Part shown: positions 55,001 to 64,000 of the stretch, piece by piece
How the letters are laid out: each line of letters opens with the position of its first letter
How positions within the stretch are numbered: the first letter of the stretch is position 1
The notes under the pieces: model-generated
Told to the model about the DNA's origin: nothing
Seen by the model: only the letters and a program-made list of their open reading frames with translations
Databases searched by the model: none
IMG/VR virus record: IMGVR_UViG_3300027974_001530
Strand: one strand, 5' to 3'
Length of the DNA stretch: 64,000 bases
Origin: a virus
Taxonomy: Duplodnaviria > Caudoviricetes
Program-made: the position numbers and the translations under genes

Positions 55001-55681
55001 TAGTCCTGTAACTTCAGGGCCTGTTTGCGTTCCAACATTAGGACTCCAACTATACGTATAAGGCGGATTTCCTGTTAGACCTGTCACAAATATTTTTCCT
55101 GTACCATCAATAGGTACACAACTTGCATCATTTACAACATATAGACCAAAGTCCAAAGGACTTGTTTCTTTAATTAAACAAACTTCACTTCTTCCTGTAC
55201 ATCCACCACCATCATCACCGATCACATAATATAGTCCTGGTGAAAGATTTGTAAAAACATTACTTGTACTGTCACCACTTGTTATATACCCTAAAGTGTT
55301 TTCGTATAAATAAAACGATCCAACACCATAATAATTTGTTGTTGATGCGGTAATCGTACCATTATTTAGTCCACAAGTAGTCCCACTACTTTCTATAGAC
55401 ACACAGGTTCCTGAAGATATTGTAAATTCAACATATCTAGGAATAAAAGGTGGTTCTAAACAACTATCTATAATCTCTAAAATATAAGTATCAGGAGTTA
55501 GACCTGTAACAAAATAAGTTGTTGTATTTGATGATAGCGGTAATAAACCTGATGTTGATATCTCACTTACAGTATAATTTGGGGATCCTCCTGTAATAGA
55601 AAAGGAAACTCCCCCAAATCCTGAGTTTGTGCAGTCTCCACTTACACTATAATTATATATATTTATTGACCCACAACTCAT
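52010..55681 (-). CDS. Large fibre/adhesin-like structural protein with multiple SprB repeats, PT stalks and a possible C-terminal beta-propeller
   Basis: About six C..NDG.I.V..GG..PY.Y.W....L..G.Y.V.VTD..GC units plus (TP)n tracts. Confidence 0.8.
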   Translation of the reverse strand: MSCGSINIYNYSVSGDCTNSGFGGVSFSITGGSPNYTVSEISTSGLLPLSSNTTTYFVTGLTPDTYILEIIDSCLEPPFIPRYVEFTISSGTCVSIESSGTTCGLNNGTITASTTNYYGVGSFYLYENTLGYITSGDSTSNVFTNLSPGLYYVIGDDGGGCTGRSEVCLIKETSPLDFGLYVVNDASCVPIDGTGKIFVTGLTGNPPYTYSWSPNVGTQTGPEVTGLTLGTYTLTITDFEGCTITKSVVLSDVPDLGVAAMLTTIQPSCFSNDGEVEVIVSGGTAPYYFSGSNGEITIQYSNIYTFTGLSSGVFTVSVTDAGLCNVISSVSLLTPNGFIVTTMSVTNSNCNSSDGSVHIELNNGLSPGNYQYTLYDFNGNSTVTTTNSICDFFGLESGSYTILIQDVPNNSGCIYTGHFTVVNVNKYEISVSYSDTTCGLNNGTAIITATSGGTLPLSYNLSGGTPVTTTTQLTNVFNNLSSGFYVATVTDSGSPTCTQTENFYIADSQPVDFTLVGVQPTIGNDGEIYLNITSGVPPFTIVWSSNVGAQTGLHLTGLSNGNYSVLVTDSEGCLKSDTIILNGTELTTSYASYTVCSDDFVNTGIYGKRGILQMMNEGFFDLTSGDIGCYIVNATFRTQVEIDGVIKEDLFYTYTGGSFAQYADTIWIQSLKDTIQEYPEIGDVIIDLGKNKITITNNCNEKIKDCQLTNFNDLGDTNVKINLLIEYLISCKDCGKAPECLGFNADMTLVGPTLTPTPTVTPTPTLTPTATPATIMCFTVNTDLMVLPSWDCSLNPVGIINGKPYYIIYQSDCTTSCNSIVYWNDITNRWEHVNISAPTIILQHNDNPSYFPESNVTYPWVTDLMIAFGCVIEDSTLGNCLNPTPTPTVTPTPTQTPAFPCDCYELSGGSASTGSTFSYTDCKPIPQGVGVGRGATTYVCASTVPTLDSGTGGYSLSLYTCVADVCGPPVTPTPSPIPPTPPNLLTCDIMTSFYLDNSIYVYYPLTNTNILLTPFISGTLDAGPGDIAHTSNKMWLSYASTSAITEYDIILSPFSGSYNRNIVISNCTIGAGLTAIDDTTLITTTGVTNFSTPQTVVEIDISGVSPIVTNKFNIPAGRTISGDFIYTTSNKLILTTQIGFDRYISQYDYSTGTLEFDQLISPTILNPYGLFTDSGKIHILNNGGEVYQIDENSPYTLTYLQTATIPFGGASQISSCETISFIP

Positions 55682-58680
55682 TGGTTACAAAGTAGATTAA
55701 AGTTTATTCCAACATTTATTTTAAAATCTTGAGTAACACTTAATGGAATACAATTACCATTATATACAGTAACAGTATCATCAGTATTAATAACATAATT
55801 TAAACCTTCTGATTGTAAATTACTTAAACTCGATTCAAGTGCGGTTATCCAATCGTTTTGAGATGGGTAACTAGCAATAGGACTTGTATTACCATATCCC
55901 GTAAAAAATTCATCATGAACTAAAGTATTACCATTTAAAACTAAATCAATATACCAAGTACTTTCTAATGAATTAAGATCACAACCAGTCAAAACATATC
56001 CTTGAGATTGTAATAAACTATTTAACACAACCGCAAATGAGGTCACTGTTGGATTAGACCCCCAAGGATAGATAGGACAAGTAACTTCTTGTATAGGACA
56101 ATCAACCGCAAATAATTGACCAACCAACGCACAAGGTTTACATGGTATTGGAACTATTTGACAACCCATTTGTCTTCTCCAAACAAATTTTTGTCTATGA
56201 AATATAGAATTTTCCAATCTTACTCCTGATGTTACCAATGTTGTTGCTGGTATCATTTGTCCAACTAATTTTATCCAATAATCGCCTATTCCATTAACAT
56301 AGTCGATCATTGTTCTATATGTAAAGTTATCGTTAGGGATATTAATCGCCTGTTCAGATTCTAAGTATTTCCAATATATAGACTGTAATGTTGGGTATCC
56401 TCCTGTTTTACCATCGGTAATAAATTGTCTATTTCTAACATTGATCATGTTATGCCAAAATGTTTGAGCAAACTCAAAGAATGTTTTTTGTTTTGGTTTT
56501 GGGTTAATTTCAGTCCAATCTATACCTCCCCTATTTGGGTATGGTCCGTTTGGATTAGGGTTACAATATGTTGGTTCAACATAGTCTAATCCCTCATTTG
56601 GTATTGGGTAATTATACTGTCTTGACATTGACCAAACATCATAAACCAACCCTTGAGCCGGATTTAAAAATACGTCAACATTTTTAACGTTTACAACAAA
56701 TCTTTCATCATAAACCCTATAGTATGCAGTAAATCCACCATCAGACGTATTTCTTAAACCAACATTATCAATAGTCCAACTTTTTTTATTATCAATTACT
56801 TTAACTAAATCATAACCTAAAGACATAAATGGAAATTTACGATACCTATCAAGGTATGTTTGACCATAATTAAATGGTAATAGAACAGTTTGGTAATTAG
56901 GGTTTTGACCAACAAATACTTGATTTGTCTCTACAACTTGTTCAGGCATGTGATGATCAGGTGTTGATTCATACCAACCTCCTCCTATTTGGAAGAAATA
57001 CCCTTCGCTTTCTTGTGCTGCGGTTGGGTAACCTAAACTATCCATTGGATAATCTAACCTTGTTGTTGTTACTCCACTAATAGTCGTTTGTAATGTAAAA
57101 CCGCTATATAGGACTCCCATTATTGAAAATGTATCTGTAGGGTCTGAAACAGGAAGTTGTTGTACATACAGACCACCTGAAATATTTAAATATTGATTTT
57201 CAAACTGAGAAAGGTTTATTCTTTCATCTGCAATGTATATGTATTCATTAAAATCAATTAAAGCCTCAGGTGCTCCAATCAATCTTAATAAAATTTCAAT
57301 AGATCTTCTTGTTCCCTTTGATTTAAACAAATAGGCGGCATTTAAAATTAAATTTTTATAGAATTGGTAATTAATTTCATCAGGAGTTAACGCTCTTGAG
57401 TATCCAGGAAAATTACTTTCTTGATTGGTACCAAAAATTGAATCTAAAAGCGATTCATTACTTATTGGTGAAATGTTTGTTTTCCACCCTAATGTTTCTG
57501 CAAGATTTTTTAATAATTGTGATGGTATGTCATTACCTGTATTGTAATTAACGGATGTCATATTTGCCAATGACATAACAAATTTTCTCACCTCATCAAA
57601 ACTTCTTCCGTATATCTGTAATACCTTTTCTAATTTTCTATCACCAGTATCAAATTCTTTTAATGCTCCTGTGGTTAAAAACCTTGATATTAAATTAGTA
57701 TTATATGAGTCTAAGTTTTCACATAAGTCATTTAAAGTTGTTAAATATTTATCAAAATCGTTAGTTCTAATATCTAAATTCCACAATCCATCCAAAGGCC
57801 ATGTAATGTTTTGACTTGTTGTTGTGTAAGTACCATCATTGTTTTCTTGTGGAACTTGGAAAGTTGCGGTATAAATTGGTTGTATTAATCTATTTAAAAG
57901 AAATTTTTCTACCTCATCAAAAAAATCATTAAACGATTTTTCCGTATAAGTAGTGTTGGGTCTTAATATGATATTATCTGTTGTTGCGGACATCCCTGAA
58001 AAAGGATTTCCATTTACATAAAGTTTTAAATAATTATCAGTTTCATCAGTAGGATCTAAAAATACTACGTTATATTCGGAATTATTAACAAATATTGAAT
58101 AGTTCCTATATTGAACTGTTAAATTTCTTAAAGGTGATTGCTCAACCTCACTTAATTCAAAGTTTCTTGTTGCGTTTGTTGTAAAATCAATATCAAATGG
58201 ATTTCTTATCCAATTTAAAGGTATCTCTAAATATGTTTCATTTAAAATTTTGTTATATAAAATATTAACTGCCGTTAGTCCTGTTTGAAAATTAAGGTTA
58301 TTCTTTAAACATTCTACGGATGCCGGAAAATAATTAATTATTCTTGTTATAGACGTTGAAATTCTTTTTGTTAGTGATCCAAATAATGTAAAGTTGGTTA
58401 TTTCACTTAAATCAAAATTTGGGTAAACTTGTAAATTTTTAGCAATTAAGACTTTTGACTCTTCGATACTTTTTAAATCTAAATCAGATAAACTTATCGG
58501 ATCTGAAAAAGCACCAATATTAAATGTTCTGTTTTGTTTTTCAGTAATTCCTGTTGTGAACTCAAAATTAGCGTTAGTTAATCCCCCACCGGCAACTAAT
58601 TGAACCCCAACTAAATCGTCAGAAAATGTACTATCTCCTGTATCAGTTTGTGGAGGCCATTTATATTTTATTACTGCCAT
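55678..58680 (-). CDS. Baseplate wedge-like protein
   Basis: LLKNLAETLGW...YLFKSKGTRRSIEILLRLIG motif of gpI/gp7-type wedge proteins. Confidence 0.7.
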   Translation of the reverse strand: MAVIKYKWPPQTDTGDSTFSDDLVGVQLVAGGGLTNANFEFTTGITEKQNRTFNIGAFSDPISLSDLDLKSIEESKVLIAKNLQVYPNFDLSEITNFTLFGSLTKRISTSITRIINYFPASVECLKNNLNFQTGLTAVNILYNKILNETYLEIPLNWIRNPFDIDFTTNATRNFELSEVEQSPLRNLTVQYRNYSIFVNNSEYNVVFLDPTDETDNYLKLYVNGNPFSGMSATTDNIILRPNTTYTEKSFNDFFDEVEKFLLNRLIQPIYTATFQVPQENNDGTYTTTSQNITWPLDGLWNLDIRTNDFDKYLTTLNDLCENLDSYNTNLISRFLTTGALKEFDTGDRKLEKVLQIYGRSFDEVRKFVMSLANMTSVNYNTGNDIPSQLLKNLAETLGWKTNISPISNESLLDSIFGTNQESNFPGYSRALTPDEINYQFYKNLILNAAYLFKSKGTRRSIEILLRLIGAPEALIDFNEYIYIADERINLSQFENQYLNISGGLYVQQLPVSDPTDTFSIMGVLYSGFTLQTTISGVTTTRLDYPMDSLGYPTAAQESEGYFFQIGGGWYESTPDHHMPEQVVETNQVFVGQNPNYQTVLLPFNYGQTYLDRYRKFPFMSLGYDLVKVIDNKKSWTIDNVGLRNTSDGGFTAYYRVYDERFVVNVKNVDVFLNPAQGLVYDVWSMSRQYNYPIPNEGLDYVEPTYCNPNPNGPYPNRGGIDWTEINPKPKQKTFFEFAQTFWHNMINVRNRQFITDGKTGGYPTLQSIYWKYLESEQAINIPNDNFTYRTMIDYVNGIGDYWIKLVGQMIPATTLVTSGVRLENSIFHRQKFVWRRQMGCQIVPIPCKPCALVGQLFAVDCPIQEVTCPIYPWGSNPTVTSFAVVLNSLLQSQGYVLTGCDLNSLESTWYIDLVLNGNTLVHDEFFTGYGNTSPIASYPSQNDWITALESSLSNLQSEGLNYVINTDDTVTVYNGNCIPLSVTQDFKINVGINFNLLCNQ

Positions 58681-59588
58681 TATTGTGTTATATTTGCAAA
58701 GTTTTTACTAAAATCTATGTTATCACCTCTATCTTGTTTTACTTCATATAAAAGTTCGTTATATTGATCTCTAATTTCAAATAAATTGTATTGTTTGTAA
58801 ATGTTATTCTGAGTATCGTAAAGTGTATAAATTCCATCATTAAGAGACTTAGTCTGATTACCAAACAAAGAAATTGCCAATGTGGAAATGTCGTGTTCAA
58901 CCATTTCAATCTCCATAGTAACAGGATTAAAGAATGTATTACTTATTATTATTTCTTGATCTGGTTGACCAATAAATGGTGTTGCGTTTGGTTTGTTAGA
59001 TGGTGATGAAGAAGGTGATAATGTACAAAATATTAAATTTGTAACCCCATTCACATATTGATATCTAACAGTGCTTGTTGAGGTGTTTGTGGTATTTTGG
59101 ACCACGGGTTCGCAGTAAAAAGATGAGGTAACTATTCTGAAAAAATTTGGTATTTTAGCCCCACTTGTCTGTAAGTATTCAACCCTATAACCAATTAAAC
59201 CTTGATTAACAAATTTATCTCTGAATGAAACGGGAACGTTACTTATATCTATTACTATCCCTTTTATGTTTGGTAGTGCTGCCAATATACCACAATCAGT
59301 TATTCTAGTTCTAATTTCTGCGGGTCTTATATATAATGTATAAATCCCTAATTGATTAAAAATATTTGATGGTAGTCTTAAATTATATAGTCCACCTAAG
59401 ATTTCTACACCTGAATTACCTCCAGTATTTGTGTTGTGAAAATAAGGGGTCAAAACCGCAGAAGAATTTAATTTTGTCAACTGAAAGTTGTTTGTAACGT
59501 CTCTTGACTCCGTATAATTTAATATAATATCAACGTCAGTTGGACTTACGTCCGCCGGTCTTATTGTTCCATATGTTCCTGTTGCCAT
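58680..59588 (-). CDS. Structural (tail/baseplate region) protein
   Basis: 302-aa ORF; TATTTAT at 59616-59610. Confidence 0.7.
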   Translation of the reverse strand: MATGTYGTIRPADVSPTDVDIILNYTESRDVTNNFQLTKLNSSAVLTPYFHNTNTGGNSGVEILGGLYNLRLPSNIFNQLGIYTLYIRPAEIRTRITDCGILAALPNIKGIVIDISNVPVSFRDKFVNQGLIGYRVEYLQTSGAKIPNFFRIVTSSFYCEPVVQNTTNTSTSTVRYQYVNGVTNLIFCTLSPSSSPSNKPNATPFIGQPDQEIIISNTFFNPVTMEIEMVEHDISTLAISLFGNQTKSLNDGIYTLYDTQNNIYKQYNLFEIRDQYNELLYEVKQDRGDNIDFSKNFANITQ

Positions 59589-59623
59589 GTAATTTTACTT
59601 TGTTATTTTATAAATATTAATAA

Positions 59624-60766
59624 TTAAGTTTCCACGTTAAAAAAACCATAACCATATTTGACTAAATCTCCTATGTTATCAACTTCTCCTAATCTTTCGA
59701 TAGATTCTAACGCCGAATTTTTCCCCCTTTCAATAAATAAATCAGATCTTATTTCAGGTTCATAAGCCACCCCAATTAATGCTTCTTCTTTTGTCATCGC
59801 AGATAAAACCAAATCATTTTGTGTTAATCCCGAAGATTGAACAAAATATAATGTTGTACCTCCACTTAGGTCCCAATAATCCACACCATTTATTGTATAC
59901 GCAGAATACGATCCATTTGGTACTGATCCGTAATAGATACCAACAACTCCTGTTTCTCCTGTTACTTGTATTCCTAATGGGTATGGTACTGGTCCATACT
60001 GTTCTAAGTCAGATAATGTAGAATTTGTCGTTCCTGTTACCAAAAATGGTACTCCAACATAACTTGAACTTATATAATCTATAATATTTGGGTTCGAGTC
60101 TCCTGTAAATAAGAAATCATAACTTACGGGAATGTTTGCCCAATTACCCCCTTGTTGGTAAAATACTACCGTTCCATTTGGATTAATTGGTACTATATTT
60201 TGGTAAGGTACGTTTATGGTTTTTGTAACTTCAGTTATCCCCCAAGGTGTAGTTCCTTTAATTTTTATTGTATAAATACCATTAGATGCGGGGTACGTAT
60301 GGTTTAATGATGAGGGTGAAAAAATATTAATAGGGACTATCGGCGATCCATCCCCCCAATCTATTTCAAATACCGATTGAGTTACATTATTTGATGTATT
60401 AAAAACATAAAATGTATATGGATTAATAGTGTCAGATGAAAAAATAAAGTTATTTAAAGTTTCTTTTTGGTAAATTAAACCATCAAACACAGAATACCAT
60501 CCCATATCGTATGTTGTCTGTGTTAACATGATTGGAATAGTTAACCCTGTTAAGGTTGAGTCTCCGTTTGTTCCCCCTGATAATAATTGGGTCATGGAAG
60601 AATAAACATATGTTGTCCCTGTTTCACAATTAACGTAAGTTACCCCTGTAGGACAACAAGGATCTTCCACATATATTTCTTCACAATCTCCTGTCCAATT
60701 AATAGGAAATATTTTATTCTTTATATCTTCAAGACCAATCTGTATATAATATCTTTGTTCTTCCAT
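59624..60766 (-). CDS. Structural protein with a PKD-like domain
   Basis: IDWGDGS...LNHTY...YTIKIKG. Confidence 0.65.
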   Translation of the reverse strand: MEEQRYYIQIGLEDIKNKIFPINWTGDCEEIYVEDPCCPTGVTYVNCETGTTYVYSSMTQLLSGGTNGDSTLTGLTIPIMLTQTTYDMGWYSVFDGLIYQKETLNNFIFSSDTINPYTFYVFNTSNNVTQSVFEIDWGDGSPIVPINIFSPSSLNHTYPASNGIYTIKIKGTTPWGITEVTKTINVPYQNIVPINPNGTVVFYQQGGNWANIPVSYDFLFTGDSNPNIIDYISSSYVGVPFLVTGTTNSTLSDLEQYGPVPYPLGIQVTGETGVVGIYYGSVPNGSYSAYTINGVDYWDLSGGTTLYFVQSSGLTQNDLVLSAMTKEEALIGVAYEPEIRSDLFIERGKNSALESIERLGEVDNIGDLVKYGYGFFNVET

Positions 60767-61548
60767 TATGGGTTCATATATTCATACCAGTTTATTGGTG
60801 TTGTTGTTCCAACTCTATTATTATTGTTGTCTTTAATAGTATATGTAAAATCACTGTAATCTAAATTAACTTCATAATAAAAATACTCAGCGGGATCAAA
60901 ATTATATTGTGTAGGTAAAATACTTGTTTGTGGAGTGTTTGTCATAATAACATAACTTCCCGTTTTACCGTTAAAGAATTTGGCCCTCATATAAAAAGTA
61001 TCTATATCAATAAAATCTCTACTTCTAACCCAATAAATAAAAAACCCTTCTTTATCTCCAACAAAGTCTAACTTAAATTCAGGTTTTTTTATGTTAACAG
61101 TAGGGATGGACGGACTTAAAACTAAACCGTTTTCTATTCCCCCTTGTTGTACTGGTAAAATTATTGTTAAATAATTTCTTTGTGTTGCAGAATCTTTAGT
61201 ATCATATAGGTCTAACTTGAAGAAACTTTTTGTGAATGGTTTTGTGTAATAATAGACTTCATTAACGGAAAATCCTTCGGTTAAATAAGAAGAGTTCCAT
61301 AAATTAAGAGATTGATCAAAAAATCCAAAATCGTAATTTATATCGGTCTTATCAGTATTATCATGTTTTTTATGTGAGAATCTTGCAACCTCAAAATCAT
61401 TTTCTTTACCAATAACCTCATCAATAGTTTTAAGAACAAATTCATCAATGGCGTCATCATTACCATCTATGTCCCACTTAACTTCAACAGGTATATTAAT
61501 ATAAACGTCTGTTGGTTTTTTCAATATTTTATAATTATTCACAATCAT
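60766..61548 (-). CDS. Structural-region hypothetical protein
   Basis: 260-aa ORF coupled to both neighbours. Confidence 0.75.
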   Translation of the reverse strand: MIVNNYKILKKPTDVYINIPVEVKWDIDGNDDAIDEFVLKTIDEVIGKENDFEVARFSHKKHDNTDKTDINYDFGFFDQSLNLWNSSYLTEGFSVNEVYYYTKPFTKSFFKLDLYDTKDSATQRNYLTIILPVQQGGIENGLVLSPSIPTVNIKKPEFKLDFVGDKEGFFIYWVRSRDFIDIDTFYMRAKFFNGKTGSYVIMTNTPQTSILPTQYNFDPAEYFYYEVNLDYSDFTYTIKDNNNNRVGTTTPINWYEYMNP

Positions 61549-63268
61549 CTATAATAGGTTCTGCAATTACGTTTGGATTATTTATATTACTTCCGTCTCC
61601 AATTAATCTGAATATAATTTGATCGTAAGGGTAATGACTACCATTTAAAAATGGGTAATCAACTCCGAATCCTTCACTATCTTTGTACCCATATGGGTAA
61701 ATATCTCTCCATCTAAAAGTTTGACTTGTTATTGAGAAATATGAGTAGTCAGGAACTAAATCTATATTTTGATATCCTTCTTCATTTACAGATGTTGAGA
61801 AAACTTTAATTGTCATTGGGTGGTGTACTTTATAGTAATACCCTAATTGATTTGATGGTGTTAACAAACTTGTTGATGTAAAGTAGTTAGGATTAAATGT
61901 GAATTTTTGATAGGTACTTGATATAACTCGTTCTTTTTGTTCATAAGGATTAAATTCACAAAAGTCTCCATTTATGTTATCTCCAATATTTAAATTATCG
62001 ACATAATAAAAAACATTACCATTAGATGTGTAATTGTTTGTTAAAAACCCTGTATCCGATTGTGTATTTGTTTGATCCCACCAAACACTAGGTTGGTTAT
62101 TCTCTAAAGGTAAATTAAATTCGTAACCCTCTTTAAGATTTGTATTCGGACCTAATGTCCACCCAAAATATCCTTTCCAAATAAAACTAAAAAATAACTC
62201 GCTTACAGGTCTGTTAAGGTTATCCCTTAAACCGTCAATATCAATGTTATTATTAAACATTAAATTGTAACTGTCATTACCTTCTTTAATTGAAGATCTA
62301 TCAACCCCATTTGGTGTTAAGACCGCTTTTTCAAATTTAACGGCTTTACTAAAAATATTTTTTTCAAATCCGGCATTAACTAAAACAGAATCTTCAATAC
62401 TAGTTAATATTTTGTGAACCCTAACATAATAGTTTGAGGTTGTGTCTATTTCATTAGTTGCGTTTATAATTCTTTTAAATGTCCCTGTTGTGTTCACACT
62501 GAAAGTGGTACCTAAATACCCTATATTTTGTATGTTAAAAATGTAATCTTCAGAATCATAATTTTCATTACCCAAAGAAGTCACTTGAAAGGTGTCTGTT
62601 CCATTGTAATTAAAGTTAAGTTTAACTGATTCTCCAACAGATAATCCATGATTCATAGGACATCTAAATGATATTACATCGTCACCATATAAAGTGTTGT
62701 TTTCAATAATAAACGGTATTCCATCAAAAGCCTGCCAAGACCATGTGTTTGTAGTATCTTGATCATCAGCATATAATTGTCGATCAACATTTAAATGTGG
62801 GTACGTTAAATAATACATCCAATTATATGTTGTTGCACTTTTATTAATAAAACTAACATGATTACCCACACCTGTTGTGTATCCATTTACATTATTATCT
62901 GTCCTAATAAGATCAAATTCATAATATTGTGGAAATCCATCCCAAGGTGCTGATGGATTACCTATTGATGTAACCGCATTTGATATAGCGTTTGTGTAAT
63001 ATAAATTATTTCTATATGGAACATAAGACGTTCCTCCACTGTATTGGTTTTTAAATAAAAATACTATCTTTGTTGTTGGTCTAAATATTGTAGATTCTCC
63101 TCTTTCTTTTTGAAACAACTCAGCCAAATTTATTTCTTCGGTTCTATCATATTCAACTTGTTGTTTAAACGTTTGATTTAGAGGAACTCTTACCGCTTCA
63201 TCAACATTTGAGGATATTTTATTCTTTTTAGATCCTAATAATATTTGTATAGTTTCATTATTACCCAT
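61535..63268 (-). CDS. Structural-region hypothetical protein
   Basis: 577-aa ORF coupled to both neighbours. Confidence 0.75.
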   Translation of the reverse strand: MGNNETIQILLGSKKNKISSNVDEAVRVPLNQTFKQQVEYDRTEEINLAELFQKERGESTIFRPTTKIVFLFKNQYSGGTSYVPYRNNLYYTNAISNAVTSIGNPSAPWDGFPQYYEFDLIRTDNNVNGYTTGVGNHVSFINKSATTYNWMYYLTYPHLNVDRQLYADDQDTTNTWSWQAFDGIPFIIENNTLYGDDVISFRCPMNHGLSVGESVKLNFNYNGTDTFQVTSLGNENYDSEDYIFNIQNIGYLGTTFSVNTTGTFKRIINATNEIDTTSNYYVRVHKILTSIEDSVLVNAGFEKNIFSKAVKFEKAVLTPNGVDRSSIKEGNDSYNLMFNNNIDIDGLRDNLNRPVSELFFSFIWKGYFGWTLGPNTNLKEGYEFNLPLENNQPSVWWDQTNTQSDTGFLTNNYTSNGNVFYYVDNLNIGDNINGDFCEFNPYEQKERVISSTYQKFTFNPNYFTSTSLLTPSNQLGYYYKVHHPMTIKVFSTSVNEEGYQNIDLVPDYSYFSITSQTFRWRDIYPYGYKDSEGFGVDYPFLNGSHYPYDQIIFRLIGDGSNINNPNVIAEPIIDDCE

Positions 63269-64000
63269 TTGTATCTGCGTTATTTACATAAAGTTTAATG
63301 AATCTATCAAGTGCGGTAAAACCGTTATTCAATCCAAAATAAAAATGGAACGGTGCCCCAACAAGAATAGGGTCTAAACCAGGTGTGTTTGGTGCTCCAT
63401 AAGTAACGTTAACTGTTGTTGGGTTAGGTCCTGGGGTAAAGTTTGCAATATGACCTTCTTGTGTTGTTGTGGTTTTAAAATAATCTGAGGTTTGGAAATC
63501 TAAACTCTGGTATTTGTTTTTATAAAACCCTCCACTTGTTATAAATGGGGATGTATACCAATTATTATTCTCCGTCCCAAAAATGTAATTTGATGGGGAA
63601 GTAATTTGCCATTTATAGAATGGAACTTCTTGTGTGGATGGATACCCATAATTATAACCAACAAATGGTGAAATGTTATATGTTTGTATTCCAGGTGTTA
63701 ATTTTTTTCTTGTTATTTTTTCCTCGTTATTGTCTTGAAAGAAAATACCAAAAATAGGTCTTGATGGTGATTGGGTGTCGTCTCCAATGAATAAGTAGTT
63801 ATTTGGGTAGTTCTGTTCTAAATAAGGATTTACTTTAAATTCACTATTTGTTGAGATTGCTTGTGCAAAATCTCCGTCAATTCTATCACCACCTCTCGTA
63901 CTATTAAAGAACTGAACAACACCTATACCTTCTCCTTGATTTCCGTTTGTAGATACCGGAAACATTTGTTGTATTATAGTTTGATTCAGTAATCTAGAAA
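63261..64000 (-). CDS. Structural-region protein, 5' end outside the window
   Basis: The frame stays open upstream of the track start (...SRLLNQTIIQQMF) to the window edge. Confidence 0.75.
   Translation of the reverse strand, partial: SRLLNQTIIQQMFPVSTNGNQGEGIGVVQFFNSTRGGDRIDGDFAQAISTNSEFKVNPYLEQNYPNNYLFIGDDTQSPSRPIFGIFFQDNNEEKITRKKLTPGIQTYNISPFVGYNYGYPSTQEVPFYKWQITSPSNYIFGTENNNWYTSPFITSGGFYKNKYQSLDFQTSDYFKTTTTQEGHIANFTPGPNPTTVNVTYGAPNTPGLDPILVGAPFHFYFGLNNGFTALDRFIKLYVNNADTNG

Noticed and set aside
3978-60859. Numerous 60-145 aa ORFs antisense to or nested in long genes (e.g. 4224, 4588, 15110, 24984, 27723, 39687, 47510)
   Set aside because: They fully overlap well-supported CDSs on the other strand or frame and have shadow-like composition.
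1-64000. Stop-codon reassignment (alternative genetic code), seen in some large phages
   Set aside because: Genes tile densely under code 11, with intact enzymes, and TAA, TGA and TAG all act as stops.
1-64000. CRISPR array, tRNA or rRNA genes
   Set aside because: No repeat-spacer periodicity or cloverleaf/T-loop signature was found by eye. The repeats present are intragenic. tRNAscan was not run.

Overview
A 64-kb, AT-rich, gene-dense segment of a large tailed dsDNA phage genome (standard genetic code), mostly on the minus strand. The host is very likely Bacteroidota: there are canonical TTTG-n19/20-TAnnTTTG promoters, a Bacteroidota-type primary sigma factor, SprB repeats, an Hc1-like histone and a T9SS cargo protein. 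About 1-30 kb is an accessory region with phosphoesterases, NUDIX, DHH, two DNA methyltransferases, Trx/Grx, DnaJ, putative head-internal proteins and a lysis-like cassette. About 30-41.6 kb encodes transcription, recombination and replication functions (sigma, SbcCD/gp46-47, PD-(D/E)XK nuclease, primase, RuvC-like). About 39-64 kb encodes tail, baseplate and fibre proteins rich in Pro-Thr repeats, Cys and SprB repeats. Main hunt results: (1) a glycosyltransferase resembling plant/algal Ser-O-galactosyl/Hyp-O-arabinosyltransferases (GT96/GT95) inside the mucin-like fibre cluster, suggesting a self-encoded virion O-glycosylation system; (2) a host-style T9SS-secreted adhesin missed by the ORF track; (3) a catalytically stripped MetK mimic; (4) three promoter classes forming a visible transcription cascade; (5) a family of [IL]-x-E leader proteins; (6) several unannotated microproteins. 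All homology calls come from motif recognition by eye, not database searches.
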